NCBI GenBank assembly: GCA_964551605.1
Contig: CAZKCV010000004.1
Span: 7,331 to 71,330, forward strand
Reading direction: 5' to 3'
DNA: 64,000 bases
From: an uncultured Gammaproteobacteria bacterium
Lineage (GTDB): Bacteria; Patescibacteriota; Microgenomatia; Daviesbacterales; UBA10151
Shown here piece after piece: positions 20,108-31,051 of the stretch. Numbering within the stretch: the stretch's first letter is position 1; each line of letters begins with the position of its first letter. The notes below the pieces were generated by a model. The model searched no databases. It was not told the origin of the DNA and saw only the letters and a program-made list of their open reading frames with translations. The position numbers and the translations under genes were made by a program.

Positions 20108-21886
20108 ATGTTATTTTCTAAACTTGCACAGTATTTTGAAAAGTTGGAACAAACTTCCTCCCGTTTGGCTTTAATTGATATCTTGGCAGAATTGTTTGCA
20201 GAGGTGAATTTCAATGAGATTGGGCATGTGGCTTATTTAATTCAAGGCCGGGTAGCCCCGTTTTTTGAGCCCTTAGAAATAGGCATGAGCGAGAAGCTGG
20301 TAGCACACTCTATTGCCCGGGCTTATGAAGCGGAAAGAGCAGAAGTCTTAAAAGAGTACGGTAAAGTTGGGGATCTGGGGATAGTGGCTGAACGTCATTC
20401 TGGTAAGCGAAGCGCATCCAGAATCGATTCTGGACAAGTCCTTCGATCCCGAGGTCCTCAGGACCAAGGGGCCAGAATGACAGTTAATGAAGTTTTTGAA
20501 ACCTTAAGAGGGATAGCTAAGACAAGCGGTGAGGGCACAGTAGAAAAAAAGGTCTCTGCTTTAGCCGGGCTGCTTAAAAAGATGGATGATTTATCTGCCA
20601 AACACTTAGTCAGGATTCCTTTAGGGGTTTCCAGGTTAGGGGTAGGGGATCCGACTATTTTAGATGCTTTTGCCAAATTAAAACTGGGAGACAAAAGTAA
20701 AAGGAAGAGACTGGAAGGAGCATATAACCGGACTTCCGATCTAGGTTTAATCGGAGAAACTTTATGGAAAGGGGGGCTTCCCGGGGTAGAAAAACTAAAT
20801 GTGACAGTAGGCAGGCCAATCAGATCCCAGCTGGCAGAGCGGCTGCCGACTGCTGAAAAAGTGATTGAAAAGCTGGGAATGGTAAATTCTCAAAGGAAAT
20901 TGGATGGTTTCCGGGTTCAAGTGCACAAAGATGGGGACAGTGTCAGGCTATTTTCCCGGAATCTGGAAGAAACGACTCCGATGTTTCCGGAAATTGTGGA
21001 AGGGACCAAAAAACAAATTAAAGCCAAAACCGCCATTTTGGATTGCGAGGCAATTGGTTTTAACCCGGCTTCTGAGGAGTTTCTGCCTTTCCAGGAGACC
21101 ACCCAGCGGCGGCGAAAATACGGCATTGCAGAAATGGCAATAAAAATCCCTCTGAAGGCTTTTTGTTTTGATATTTTGTATAAGGATGGTAAATCTCTGA
21201 TTGAGTTGGAGCTTAAAGAAAGGTTGAAAATACTGGAGCAAACCATTAAGGCAGGGGATGTGTTGATGGTAGAAAAGGGGGAAATGGTAAGTGATGTCAA
21301 AAGATTACAAATCCTGCTTGATGATTCTATTTCCAAAGGGTTAGAGGGTTTGGTGGTTAAGCGGCCGGATTCAAAATATGAAGCCGGAGCCAGAAATTTT
21401 AATTGGGTAAAACTAAAAAGACATTCGGCAGGGGAGCTTAAAGATACGATTGATTGCGTGATTTTGGGATATATTTTCGGCCGGGGGAAGAGGGCGGAGT
21501 TTGGAGCAGGGTCTCTCTTGGTGGGAATTTATGACAGCGTGAAAGATGAGTTTGTGACAGTATCCAAGATTGGTACCGGTTTAACTGATGAGGAATGGAG
21601 GGAAATTCACAAGCGGGCGGATAAAATAAAGGTGGATCACAAACCGGCCAGGGTTAATTCAATTTTAAATCCCAGTGTTTGGATTAAGCCGGAGATTGTG
21701 ATTGAAGTTCTGGCAGACGAGATTACCCGGTCGCCAGTGCATACGGCCGGAAAAGAGGCTTCAGAGCCCGGCTATGCCCTCAGATTCCCCAGATTGGTTA
21801 AGTTCAGGGAAGCTGATAAGCAGGCAGAAGATGCTACGACTGTGAAAGAACTGGTCGAAATGTATAAGCTGCAGTATAAGAAATAA
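20108..21886 (+). CDS. lig: ATP-dependent DNA ligase
   Basis: Motif I KLDGFR, EGLVVK, WVKLK, ALRFPR. Confidence 0.95.
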   Translation: MLFSKLAQYFEKLEQTSSRLALIDILAELFAEVNFNEIGHVAYLIQGRVAPFFEPLEIGMSEKLVAHSIARAYEAERAEVLKEYGKVGDLGIVAERHSGKRSASRIDSGQVLRSRGPQDQGARMTVNEVFETLRGIAKTSGEGTVEKKVSALAGLLKKMDDLSAKHLVRIPLGVSRLGVGDPTILDAFAKLKLGDKSKRKRLEGAYNRTSDLGLIGETLWKGGLPGVEKLNVTVGRPIRSQLAERLPTAEKVIEKLGMVNSQRKLDGFRVQVHKDGDSVRLFSRNLEETTPMFPEIVEGTKKQIKAKTAILDCEAIGFNPASEEFLPFQETTQRRRKYGIAEMAIKIPLKAFCFDILYKDGKSLIELELKERLKILEQTIKAGDVLMVEKGEMVSDVKRLQILLDDSISKGLEGLVVKRPDSKYEAGARNFNWVKLKRHSAGELKDTIDCVILGYIFGRGKRAEFGAGSLLVGIYDSVKDEFVTVSKIGTGLTDEEWREIHKRADKIKVDHKPARVNSILNPSVWIKPEIVIEVLADEITRSPVHTAGKEASEPGYALRFPRLVKFREADKQAEDATTVKELVEMYKLQYKK

Positions 21887-22033
21887 AGCGGCTCGTCTGG
21901 CCGCAAAAAATCGCTCGCACGGTAGAGACTTGCTCGCTTGTGAGAATTTTGTGGATAGCTTAATACAGAATCATTAAGCCTGTCAGCACAAAATCCTCAA
22001 CATTTTTTGGCTGGCCTAAGACTTCGCCGCTTT
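21885..22033. repeat. ~150-bp structured dispersed element, copy 1
   Basis: AAGCGGC...GCCGCTT termini, long internal stems; homologous to 23393-23539. Confidence 0.8.
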
Positions 22034-22057
22034 TAGAGAATATGGTAGAATGCAGGC

Positions 22058-23389
22058 ATGGGCTATGTAGCTGATTTGCATATCCACTCCAGGTACTCCC
22101 GGGCCTGCTCACCGCAATTAAATGTGCCTAATCTGGTGGAATGGGGGAAACTTAAAGGGATTGATGTTTTGGGGACAGGGGACTGCTTGCACCCTCTTTG
22201 GTTTACCGAGCTAAAAAGCCAATTAAAAGAAAATGAGACAGGATTTTTAAGTTACGATAAAGACCCTGCAGTTAAATTTGTTTTGACAGTGGAAGTGGCC
22301 TCGATTTATTCGCATAAAGGGGCAGTCCGCAGGATCCATAATGTGATTATGCTGTCTTCGTTTGAATCAGTGGAGAAGTTACAAAAGGTCTTATTGGCCA
22401 GGCGGGCCAATCTTTCCTCTGACGGCCGGCCGATTGTAGGGATTCCCTCTAAAGAATTGCTCAGGATGTGCCTGGAAATAGATAAAAATGTGATCTTTAT
22501 GCCGGCCCATGCCTGGACGCCCTGGTTTGGCATTTTTGGTTCCCAATCAGGCTATGACAGCCTGCAGGATTGCTTTGAAGATTTAACAGAATATATTTAT
22601 GGTGTTGAAACCGGATTAAGCTCTGACCCGGCCATGAATTGGCGGATTAAGGAATTGGATAACCGCTCAATTATCTCTTGCTCTGATGCCCATTCTTTGC
22701 CTAATTTAGGCAGGGAGGCAACGGTTTTTGGGGGAAGTTTGGAAGATGGGTACGAAAGTTTATGGAAAGCTATTTCAAACAAGATTGCCACGTCGCCTTC
22801 GGCTCCTCGCAATGACGGAGTAGTGGGCACAATTGAGTTTTATCCGGAAGAGGGTAAATATCACTACACCGGCCACCGCAGTTGTAATGTGAAGTATTCG
22901 CCGGAAGATACAAAGGCTAAGGGAACTAAATGTCCGGTTTGCGGCAGGGGATTAACAGTGGGAGTAATGGAAAGAGTAGAAGAGATCGCTTCGCGATCGA
23001 GTGCAGAGTTAAGAGTTAAGAATGTGGAAGGAATGATAAAGAGCGACGAATTTTCTGACAGAGCAGGGTACAAAATGTTAGTGCCGCTTTTGCAGGTGAT
23101 TGCAGAAGCTTTGGGGACTGCCCCGACAACCCAAAAGGTTTTAACTGAATATAAAAAGTTAACAACTGCATTAGGCAGTGAAATTAAGATTTTAACTAAA
23201 GTTGATATTGGAGAGATTGCCAAAGTTTCCGGTTCAAGGGTGGCAGAAGGGGTAGATAAAGTGAGAAAGGGGGATTTGGTGATTGATCCTGGCTATGACG
23301 GGGTGTACGGGGTAGTAAAGATTTGGGATCATGGGAAGGAAACTGTCAAAGAGGCAGAGGAGGTTCCCCAGTTGGGGTTGTTTGATTAG
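22058..23389 (+). CDS. PHP-domain endonuclease Q-like protein
   Basis: ADLHIHSRYSRA, PAHAWTPW, ETGLSSD, SDAHS, EGKYH, CPVCG, PGYDGVYG. Confidence 0.88.
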   Translation: MGYVADLHIHSRYSRACSPQLNVPNLVEWGKLKGIDVLGTGDCLHPLWFTELKSQLKENETGFLSYDKDPAVKFVLTVEVASIYSHKGAVRRIHNVIMLSSFESVEKLQKVLLARRANLSSDGRPIVGIPSKELLRMCLEIDKNVIFMPAHAWTPWFGIFGSQSGYDSLQDCFEDLTEYIYGVETGLSSDPAMNWRIKELDNRSIISCSDAHSLPNLGREATVFGGSLEDGYESLWKAISNKIATSPSAPRNDGVVGTIEFYPEEGKYHYTGHRSCNVKYSPEDTKAKGTKCPVCGRGLTVGVMERVEEIASRSSAELRVKNVEGMIKSDEFSDRAGYKMLVPLLQVIAEALGTAPTTQKVLTEYKKLTTALGSEIKILTKVDIGEIAKVSGSRVAEGVDKVRKGDLVIDPGYDGVYGVVKIWDHGKETVKEAEEVPQLGLFD

Positions 23390-23392
23390 TTT

Positions 23393-23539
23393 AAGTGGCT
23401 CGTCACAGTACAAAAAATCGCTCGCACGGTTGGGACTTGCTCTCTTGTGAGTATTTTGTGAATAGCAGTTGACTTTTATCATTAGGATATTCAGCACAAA
23501 ATCCTCAACATTTTTTGTTACTTTGTGACTTCGCCACTT
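23393..23539. repeat. ~150-bp structured dispersed element, copy 2
   Basis: AAGTGGC...GCCACTT termini; shares CAAAAAATCGCTCGCACGGT and TCAGCACAAAATCCTCAACATTTTTTG with copy 1. Confidence 0.8.
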
Positions 23540-23552
23540 CTGAATCAATAGT

Positions 23553-24188
23553 ATGAAGATTTTTAGGGATCGTATTGCAGCCGGCGGATTGTTGGCCAAT
23601 AGACTAAAAGATATAAAAGCTGATTTAGTTCTGGGTATTCCCAGGGGTGGGGTAGTGGTGGCAGCGGCAGTGGCTAAAGAATTGAATCTACCTTTGGATA
23701 TTGTAGTGACCAGGAAAATCGGTGCCCCCGGCCAGGAAGAGCTGGCTTTGGGGGCAGTGGATCGGGATGGGGTGGTAGTGTGGGAGGAGAGGTTATTAGG
23801 AGAATTAGGGATAAAGATTGAGGATTTAAGAGAAAAGGTGGAAATAGAGCTGGCAGAGATAAAAAGAAGAGAGGAATTGTACCGGGGTAAGCGGGGAAAT
23901 CTGGAGGTTCTGGGGAAAACAGTGATTCTGGTAGATGACGGGATAGCCACCGGGGCCACTGCTTTAGCTGCCATTAACTTCTTAAGAAGGCATGGGGTCA
24001 GGAAGATGGTGGTTGCAGCCCCTGTGGCTAGCCAGGAGGCAGCCGGCAGGATAACCAGGGAATTAGGGGAAGTAGGGGAAATGATGGTTTTGGAAACACC
24101 GGGATATTTCCGGGCAGTAGGGCAATTTTACCATCAATTCGAGGTGGTAACGGATGAAGAGGTGGTACAATTGTTGGATGGAAGATGA
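23553..24188 (+). CDS. phosphoribosyltransferase family protein
   Basis: FRDR, IPRGGV, RKIGAPGQEELA, VILVDDGIATGAT, AVGQFY. Confidence 0.9.
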   Translation: MKIFRDRIAAGGLLANRLKDIKADLVLGIPRGGVVVAAAVAKELNLPLDIVVTRKIGAPGQEELALGAVDRDGVVVWEERLLGELGIKIEDLREKVEIELAEIKRREELYRGKRGNLEVLGKTVILVDDGIATGATALAAINFLRRHGVRKMVVAAPVASQEAAGRITRELGEVGEMMVLETPGYFRAVGQFYHQFEVVTDEEVVQLLDGR

Positions 24189-24957
24189 TTTCTTAAACAT
24201 AGCAAAGCAGGCAGCTTTAGAAGCCGGGGAAGTAATAAAAAAATATTCCGGCAAGTTAAGTCAGAAGAATATCAAACATGAAGATCCGGTCGATTATGCC
24301 ACTGAAGCAGATCTGGCCGCCGAAAAAGCCATTGTTAAAATCTTGACTGCTAATTTTCCGGACCATAATTTAATAGCCGAGGAAGCAGCCAGGATTGATA
24401 AAGAATCCGACTTTACCTGGTTAATAGATCCGATGGACGGCAGTATTTCTTTTGGTTCCGGCATCCCGTATTTTTCCGTTTCCATTGGTTTGTTGAAAAA
24501 AGGCGAGCCGTTGCTGGGAGTAGTATACAATGTCAGTTTCAACCAGTTGTATTGGGCAAAGAAAGGCGGGGGGGCATACTTAAACGGGAGGATGCTCCGT
24601 GTCAGTCAGAAAAAGACTTTGGCTGAATCAGTCGGAGTATTGGACTTCGGGCATAATGTCAAAAGGCAATATAAATTAGATCTTTATATCAATAAAGTCA
24701 TTACCAAAATTGGCTATATTTATTCTTTCGGGTCAGCAGCAGCTTCTTTAGGTTTAGTAGCAGACGGCACTCTGGATTTGTACCTCAACCATGCCTATCC
24801 TTGGGATTTTGCCGGAGGGCTGATTATTGTCAGGGAGGCCGGAGGGATGGTTACTGACTTTGAAGGTCAGGAGCCGGATTGGACTAAAGAGCGGATGAAT
24901 ATTTTAGCTTCAAACGGGTTGGTGCATGAAGAGATTCTGGGGGCGCTCAGGAAATGA
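24178..24957 (+). CDS. inositol monophosphatase family protein
   Basis: TEAD, WLIDPMDG, PWDFAGG, EAGG. Confidence 0.9.
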   Translation: MEDDFLNIAKQAALEAGEVIKKYSGKLSQKNIKHEDPVDYATEADLAAEKAIVKILTANFPDHNLIAEEAARIDKESDFTWLIDPMDGSISFGSGIPYFSVSIGLLKKGEPLLGVVYNVSFNQLYWAKKGGGAYLNGRMLRVSQKKTLAESVGVLDFGHNVKRQYKLDLYINKVITKIGYIYSFGSAAASLGLVADGTLDLYLNHAYPWDFAGGLIIVREAGGMVTDFEGQEPDWTKERMNILASNGLVHEEILGALRK

Positions 24958-25544
24958 AATTGATAGTCGGGCTGGGAAATCCGGGAGATAAGCGAAGCTT
25001 GCGATCTGGCGATCTTAAATATGCCGGTACCAGGCATAATTTAGGGTTTGCTGTGGTGGACAAGTTAGGGGAAAGGGTTAAGAGGGAAGGGGGAAGCTGG
25101 AGAAATGAAGAAAAATTTAAGTCTGAGATTTTAGACTTTACCCTTAACGCTTCCCGCTTTACCCTTGTTAAGCCACAGACTTATATGAACAATTCCGGCA
25201 TGGCTGTTAAGTTGCTGGCTAATTATTATAAAATCGCACCGGAAGATATCATTATTATTCATGATGAGCTGGATTTGCCTTTAGGAAAAATTAAGGTTAG
25301 GAAGGGTGGGGCAGCGGCCGGACACCATGGAGTGGAATCAATTATTGCGTCTTTGGGAACAGATCAATTTTTAAGAGTGAGATTAGGTATTGGCCCGGCA
25401 GTCGGAATAGTGGAAAAATTTGTCCTGGAACCTTTCGGCTCAAAAGAAAAACCTGCAGTTAAACATCTGATCAAGCAGGCACTAAAAGCTATTGATTTAC
25501 TTTTGGAAAAAGGTTTAGAAAAAGCCCAAAATCAATATAACTGA
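24954..25544 (+). CDS. pth: peptidyl-tRNA hydrolase
   Basis: LIVGLGNPG, TRHNLGF, KPQTYMNNSG, HDELD, RVRLGIG; carries in-frame repeat insertions. Confidence 0.95.
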   Translation: MKLIVGLGNPGDKRSLRSGDLKYAGTRHNLGFAVVDKLGERVKREGGSWRNEEKFKSEILDFTLNASRFTLVKPQTYMNNSGMAVKLLANYYKIAPEDIIIIHDELDLPLGKIKVRKGGAAAGHHGVESIIASLGTDQFLRVRLGIGPAVGIVEKFVLEPFGSKEKPAVKHLIKQALKAIDLLLEKGLEKAQNQYN

Positions 25545-25549
25545 TGCTA

Positions 25550-25578
25550 TTGACAGCGGGTTATTTTCTCTCTAGACT
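25550..25578 (+). promoter_or_regulatory. sigma70-type promoter, probably leaderless transcript
   Basis: TTGACA-17 bp-TAGACT, 5 nt before the ATG. Confidence 0.6.
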
Positions 25579-25583
25579 GTACA

Positions 25584-26339
25584 ATGATGGATCAAGCTAA
25601 CTCCTTTTTAACTATTCCCAGGGCGATTATTTTGGGATCAGTTATGATCTCTATTGCCATTTTGCTAAGCGGCGGGATTATTAAAATTGCCCCCAAGACA
25701 GCCGGTAATAAGGTAGCAGCGCCGGTTGCTTCACCGGCGGCTCTTCCAGCTCTCCAGCAGCCCACCACCGCTACAGTCTCGGTAGATGATGACCCGGTCT
25801 TAGGGAGCAAAGATGCGCCGGTAACTTTAATAGAGTTTTCCGATTATGAATGCCCGTTTTGCAAAAGGCATTTTGACCAGGTTTATCCGGACTTAAAGAA
25901 AGATTATATTGATACCGGTAAGGTCAAAATGGTGTTCCGGGATTATCCATTGCCTTTTCATGATCCGATGGCTACTTTTGAAGCTAAAGCTGCTAATTGC
26001 GCCGGAGAGCAGGGTGGAGATGAGGCTTACTTTAAATTCCATGATGCCATCTTTACCAAAACCAAATCAAATGGTAATGGTTTAACCAAGGATGAGGTTT
26101 ATCAGATGGCTGCTGATTTAGGCTTAAACCGAGCTAATCTCAAAGCCTGTGCAGATTCAGATAAATATGAGGAAGAGATTAAAAAAGACCTGGCTGACGG
26201 CGGCGCAGCCGGAGTTTCCGGTACTCCCACTTTCGTTATCGGCAAATCCGATCCTTCAGGTACTATTACCGGCAGTGTGGTAGTGGGTGCACAGCCTTAT
26301 TCTGCTTTCCCGGCTGTGCTAGATCCGCTTCTTAATTAA
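25584..26339 (+). CDS. DsbA family thioredoxin-fold protein, membrane anchored
   Basis: FSDYECPFC, GVSGTPTF, GAQP; N-terminal TM. Confidence 0.92.
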   Translation: MMDQANSFLTIPRAIILGSVMISIAILLSGGIIKIAPKTAGNKVAAPVASPAALPALQQPTTATVSVDDDPVLGSKDAPVTLIEFSDYECPFCKRHFDQVYPDLKKDYIDTGKVKMVFRDYPLPFHDPMATFEAKAANCAGEQGGDEAYFKFHDAIFTKTKSNGNGLTKDEVYQMAADLGLNRANLKACADSDKYEEEIKKDLADGGAAGVSGTPTFVIGKSDPSGTITGSVVVGAQPYSAFPAVLDPLLN

Positions 26340-26421
26340 TTCTTACCAAATTCTCTTGTTTCTTTGACCATCATCACTAATACTTAAATAAGTTTTATTC
26401 CTTAAGAAGGGAGGTGAGAAG

Positions 26422-26844
26422 ATGAATAATAAAGTCTTAATTGCTATTATAGTCATTATTGCCCTTCTGGGATTAGGGTACTTTCTTTCCCAATCTGCCA
26501 ACCGGCAGCCAACGGTTCAAGTAGTCCCTTCCGCAAATCCGGAGCAAGTACAGGTATCGGAAGCTGTAAAAACCTTTGATGTAAAGGGGACGCCTTTTAA
26601 GTTTGAGCCGAATGAGATTAAGATCAAAAAGGGTGATCGGGTGAAGATCAATTTTAAGAACGAGCAAGGTATGCTGCATGACTTGACTATTGCAGACTTA
26701 AATGTCAGGACCAAACAAATTCCGGCCGGAGAGACGGATTCGATGGAGTTTGTAGCTGATAGAGCCGGAACATTTGACATGATCTGCAGCGTGCCAACAC
26801 ATGCTGATAAAGGGATGGTGGGGAAGTTTATTGTAGAAGAGTAA
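26422..26844 (+). CDS. cupredoxin-domain protein
   Basis: N-terminal TM; His plus C-x4-H-x4-M (CSVPTHADKGM) type-1 Cu ligands; GGAGGTG RBS. Confidence 0.88.
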   Translation: MNNKVLIAIIVIIALLGLGYFLSQSANRQPTVQVVPSANPEQVQVSEAVKTFDVKGTPFKFEPNEIKIKKGDRVKINFKNEQGMLHDLTIADLNVRTKQIPAGETDSMEFVADRAGTFDMICSVPTHADKGMVGKFIVEE

Positions 26845-26847
26845 GTT

Positions 26848-27573
26848 TTACCGGATGTAAACTGCTTTGAAGTATTGTTTGAAGATATCCAGGGCTTCCT
26901 GGATATCTTCCTGTGTGGGCACAGGGCAATCTGCCAGGGGATTTTCTATACCCAGCTCTTTATACTTATAGAATCCGTAAGTATGGAAAGGTAAAATCTC
27001 CACTCTTTTAATGTTTCTATATTCAGTAAAGTACTTTCCCCATTTATGCAGAAACTCTGTCTGGTTGGTATATCCGGGTACCAGGACATAACGAAGCCAC
27101 ATGGGAATATTTTTTTCTTCTAAATATTTGGCAAACTGCAGCGTGGGTTCATTAGAAGCATTGGTGACTGTCTGATGCCAGACCGGGTCAATGTGTTTAA
27201 CATCAAGTAATACTAAATCTGTTACCTCTAAAAGTTTTTTGGCATCATCATCCAGAATAGAACCATTAGTATCTAAAGTAGTATTAAAGCCTAATTTTTT
27301 GGCTTTGGTAAAAAGGTCAAGTAATGGCTTTCTTTGCAGCAGTGATTCTCCGCCGGATACGGTCAGACCGCCTTTATCCTTAAAATAAGGCTCCTGTTTC
27401 TTAAGCAGTTCAATGATTTCTTCTGAGCGCATTAATTTACCGCCCTTGGTGGGCCTGGTATCCGGGTTGTGGCAATATAAACAGCGGAAATTACAGCCCT
27501 GCATAAAGACTACTAATCTGATGCCCGGTCCTTCATGGGTGCCGAGTGTCTCAATGGAGTGAACTTGGAGCAT
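26848..27573 (-). CDS. pflA: pyruvate formate-lyase activating enzyme
   Basis: GPGIR, CNFRCLYCHNPD, YVLVPG, LPFH. Confidence 0.95.
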   Translation of the reverse strand: MLQVHSIETLGTHEGPGIRLVVFMQGCNFRCLYCHNPDTRPTKGGKLMRSEEIIELLKKQEPYFKDKGGLTVSGGESLLQRKPLLDLFTKAKKLGFNTTLDTNGSILDDDAKKLLEVTDLVLLDVKHIDPVWHQTVTNASNEPTLQFAKYLEEKNIPMWLRYVLVPGYTNQTEFLHKWGKYFTEYRNIKRVEILPFHTYGFYKYKELGIENPLADCPVPTQEDIQEALDIFKQYFKAVYIR

Positions 27574-27574
27574 A

Positions 27575-29800
27575 TTATTTCATTGACTCAAAGAAAGTTC
27601 TGGCTAAGACTTCCTGCTGGTGTTCCCGGGAAAGTTTGACAAAGTTCACGGCATAACCGGAAACCCTGATAGTTAATTGAGGGTATTCTTCCGGATGGGC
27701 CATAGCCAGAAGCAGCGTTTCCCGGTTTAGGACATTAACATTTAGATGTTGAGCCTTTTTATGAAAATAACCGTCAATTAAAGCCACCAGGTTATCAGTT
27801 TGTTCCTCTTTGCTTGCGCCTAAGGCCCGGGGGACAATGGAGAAGGTATTAGAAACGCCGTCCCTGGCGCTTTGATAATCAATTTTGGCTACGGAATTTA
27901 AGGAGGCGATAGCCCCCCGGCTGTCCCGGCCATGCATCGGGTTAGCCCCGGGAGCAAAAGGCTCACCGCCGGCTCTGCCGTCCGGAGTAGCGCCTGTTTT
28001 TTTGCCGTACATGACATTAGAAGTAATAGTTAAGATGGATAGGGTCGGAGTGGCATCCCGATAAATATAATGTTTCCGCAGTTCGTTATTAAAATCATCC
28101 ACCAGTTCCTTGGCGATTTTATCTACTTTATCATCATCATTGCCGTATTTAGGAAAATCACCTTCTATTCTAAAACCCTCAGTGATCCCGTTTTGATCGC
28201 GCAGGGGAGTGACTTTAGCATATTTGATGGCAGACAAAGAGTCAGCCGCCACTGATAAGCCGGCGATGCCAAAGGCCATGAGGCGGTCAAGGTCGCTGTC
28301 CAGAAGAGCCATCTGGACTCTTTCATAATAATATTTATCATGCATGTAATGGATAACATTCATGCTTTCTACATAAACTTTTACTACATGACTTAAGGTT
28401 TTTTTAAACTCCGTCATCACCTGGTTAAAGTCTAAGGCCCCATCATCAAGTCGCTTAATTACTTCGACCAAGGTTACACCGGTTTTTTCATCCTTACCCT
28501 CATTCAAAGCTAAAAGCAGGGTTTTAGGAAGGTTGCATCTGGCTCCAAAATACTGCATTTGGGAGCCGTTTTTTTGCTGGGAAACGCAGCAGGAGATGGC
28601 ATAATCATCGCAGTTGGCTATTTCCCTCATTAAATCGTCATTTTCATATTGAATGGCAGAGGTATCAATGGAGACTTTAGCTGCAAACTGCTTAAATTTT
28701 TCCGGCAGTTTCTCTGACCAGAGGACAGTGATATTAGGTTCTGGAGCCGGCCCCAGGTTATATAGAGATTGTAAAAAGCGGTAGGTGGTTTTAGTGACTT
28801 TGTGGCGGCCGTCTAAAAACATGCCGGCCAAGGATTCAGTCAGCCAGGTGGGGTCACCGGCAAAGATTTGGTCATAATCTTTGGTCCGAAGTTGCCTGAC
28901 TAATCTTAATTTAATAATGAATTGGTCCACTAATTCCTGGGCTTCTTCTTCAGTCAAGCGGCCCTCGCTAATATCTTTTTCGATATAAATATCAAAAAAG
29001 CTGCTGGTGTTACCTAAAGAAATGGCGGCGCCGTCCTGTTCTTTTAAGGCTGAGAGATACCCAAAATAAGTCCACTGGATTGCCTCTCTGGCAGTGGCAG
29101 CCGGTTGGCTGATATCAAAGCCGTAGGAGTCGGCTAATTCTTTGATTAAATGTAGGGCAGCAATTTGGTCACTGATTTCTTCCCGCTGCCTAATTGTCTC
29201 ATCAGTCATTGTGCCTGATTTTTGATCAAGATCTTTTTGTTTTGCTTCAATCAGCCGGTCAATACCATATAAAGCCACCCGGCGATAATCACCAATAATC
29301 CGGCCCCGGGCATAATTATCCGGCAGCCCGGTAATGACGCCAGTTGAGCGGTATTTTCTTACCTCTTCAGTATAAGCATCAAAAATGCCGTCGTTGTGGC
29401 TTTTGCGGTATTTGGAGAAGATTTCTTTAACTGCCGGATCAAGCTCAAAGCCATAATCTTTGCAGGCTTGTTCAACTACGCGGACTCCGCCAAAAGGTTT
29501 AATGGCCCGTTTTAGGGGTTCATCTGTTTGTAAACCGACAATTAGTTCCAAGTCTTTTTTGATATAGCCTGGTTTGTGACTGATGACAGTAGAAATGGTT
29601 TTAGTATCAATATCTAAAACTCCGCCTTTTGCTGCTTCTTTTTTAAGTAAAGTTTTGCAATAATCCCAGAGTTTTTCGGTTTTAGGGGAGGGACCCTTTA
29701 GAAACTCTGATCCGCCGTCATAAGGGGTTTGATTGTGGAATAAAAAATCCCGGACATCTATTACTTTCTCCCATTCGCCCTGTCTGAAGGGTTTATTCAT
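27575..29800 (-). CDS. pflB: formate C-acetyltransferase (pyruvate formate-lyase)
   Basis: [13 protein letters not shown] active site, RVSGYAV glycyl-radical loop. Confidence 0.97.
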   Translation of the reverse strand: MNKPFRQGEWEKVIDVRDFLFHNQTPYDGGSEFLKGPSPKTEKLWDYCKTLLKKEAAKGGVLDIDTKTISTVISHKPGYIKKDLELIVGLQTDEPLKRAIKPFGGVRVVEQACKDYGFELDPAVKEIFSKYRKSHNDGIFDAYTEEVRKYRSTGVITGLPDNYARGRIIGDYRRVALYGIDRLIEAKQKDLDQKSGTMTDETIRQREEISDQIAALHLIKELADSYGFDISQPAATAREAIQWTYFGYLSALKEQDGAAISLGNTSSFFDIYIEKDISEGRLTEEEAQELVDQFIIKLRLVRQLRTKDYDQIFAGDPTWLTESLAGMFLDGRHKVTKTTYRFLQSLYNLGPAPEPNITVLWSEKLPEKFKQFAAKVSIDTSAIQYENDDLMREIANCDDYAISCCVSQQKNGSQMQYFGARCNLPKTLLLALNEGKDEKTGVTLVEVIKRLDDGALDFNQVMTEFKKTLSHVVKVYVESMNVIHYMHDKYYYERVQMALLDSDLDRLMAFGIAGLSVAADSLSAIKYAKVTPLRDQNGITEGFRIEGDFPKYGNDDDKVDKIAKELVDDFNNELRKHYIYRDATPTLSILTITSNVMYGKKTGATPDGRAGGEPFAPGANPMHGRDSRGAIASLNSVAKIDYQSARDGVSNTFSIVPRALGASKEEQTDNLVALIDGYFHKKAQHLNVNVLNRETLLLAMAHPEEYPQLTIRVSGYAVNFVKLSREHQQEVLARTFFESMK

Positions 29801-29881
29801 AGACTATTTATTATATCATTTTAAGAAACGGTAAACTCAAATTTTTACATTATTCTTACTTCTATTTGTTACAATAAATCC

Positions 29882-31051
29882 ATGATCCTTTATGAATATG
29901 AAGGCAAGAAGATGTTATCTGAGGCCGGAATTGCCGTTCCTAACGGACAAGTCATTGCATCTCCTGAACAAAAAGTACCATTAAATTACCCGATTGTATT
30001 AAAAGCTCAAGTTTTATCAGGGAAGCGGGCAGAAGCAGGCGGGATTGTAATGATTGAAAAACCCGGGGATTTAGAAAATAGCCTCAATAAATTACTTGGC
30101 AAGGTAGTTAATAGAGAAAAAGCAGAAAAAGTTTTAGCTGAGGAGAAAATAGATTTTGAAAAGGAATATTATGTTTCAATCTCTTATGATACTAATACCC
30201 GGGGACCAATCTTAACTATCTCCGAGCAGGGAGGAACGGGAGTAGAAAGTAGAGAGGTTAAAATTTACCCAATTGACCCCTTAGAACCCTTGAAAAACTT
30301 ATCTTTGAGCCTGGATCAGGAGCTTTTGAAGAAAATGCTAGATTTATTTTTTGCAGTAGACAGTTTGTTATTAGAAATTAATCCATTAGTGCTGACTAGG
30401 GCAGGGCTGTGGGTGGCACTGGATGCAAAAATCAAATTAGATGATGCGGCAGCCGGCCGCCACAGCGATTGGAATTTTCCCAGCCGCTCAGCCCCGGGCC
30501 ATACCCCGACTCAAAATGAAATTGAAGCCAAGAAAATAGATGAAGGTGATTACCGGGGAGTGGCCGGCTCAGCCTATTTTGATCTTCCCGGAGATATTGC
30601 CGTATTGGCTTCCGGCGGGGGAGCCTCTTTAGCTGCTATGGATGCATTAATTAAAGTTGGCGGCAAACCGGCTAATTACACTGAATACGGGGGCAACCCG
30701 CCCCGGGAGAAAGTGGCAAAGTTAACTAAAGTTGTCTTAGGTAAGCCAAACTTAAACGGTTTATGGGTGGTAGGGGCCTTGGCTAATTTTACCAATATTT
30801 ATGAAACTTTATCCGGGTTTATTGAGGGATTGCGGGAAGCAGAAAAACTCCTGGGTAAAAAATTTGATTTTCCGATTGTGATAAGAAGAGCCGGGCCGGA
30901 AGATCAAAAAGCCCGGCAGATGTTAAAAGAAGTCAAAGATTTTGACCTGCATGTTTACGGTGAAGAGACTTCCATTACTGAATCAGCAGTCATAATTGCC
31001 GGGTTAGCCAGGGAGTATGAAATGAGGAGGAAAAATGTTACTTCTTCCTGA
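29882..31051 (+). CDS. ATP-grasp subunit, ATP-citrate lyase beta / citryl-CoA synthetase-like
   Basis: SucC-like LYEYEGK, EINPL, ALDAK plus AclB-like GGGAS, ANYTEYGGNP and ANFT loop. Confidence 0.75.
   Translation: MILYEYEGKKMLSEAGIAVPNGQVIASPEQKVPLNYPIVLKAQVLSGKRAEAGGIVMIEKPGDLENSLNKLLGKVVNREKAEKVLAEEKIDFEKEYYVSISYDTNTRGPILTISEQGGTGVESREVKIYPIDPLEPLKNLSLSLDQELLKKMLDLFFAVDSLLLEINPLVLTRAGLWVALDAKIKLDDAAAGRHSDWNFPSRSAPGHTPTQNEIEAKKIDEGDYRGVAGSAYFDLPGDIAVLASGGGASLAAMDALIKVGGKPANYTEYGGNPPREKVAKLTKVVLGKPNLNGLWVVGALANFTNIYETLSGFIEGLREAEKLLGKKFDFPIVIRRAGPEDQKARQMLKEVKDFDLHVYGEETSITESAVIIAGLAREYEMRRKNVTSS

Noticed and set aside
19981-20214. 77-aa minus-strand ORF containing VIARSEQSERRGNL
   Set aside because: Translation of the palindromic repeat plus antisense ligase sequence.
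21885-22033. Possible tRNA or simple terminator
   Set aside because: No cloverleaf, T-loop or CCA; too long and branched for a plain terminator.
23234-23974. 246-aa minus-strand ORF
   Set aside because: Antisense to two well-supported genes and a repeat; no motifs.
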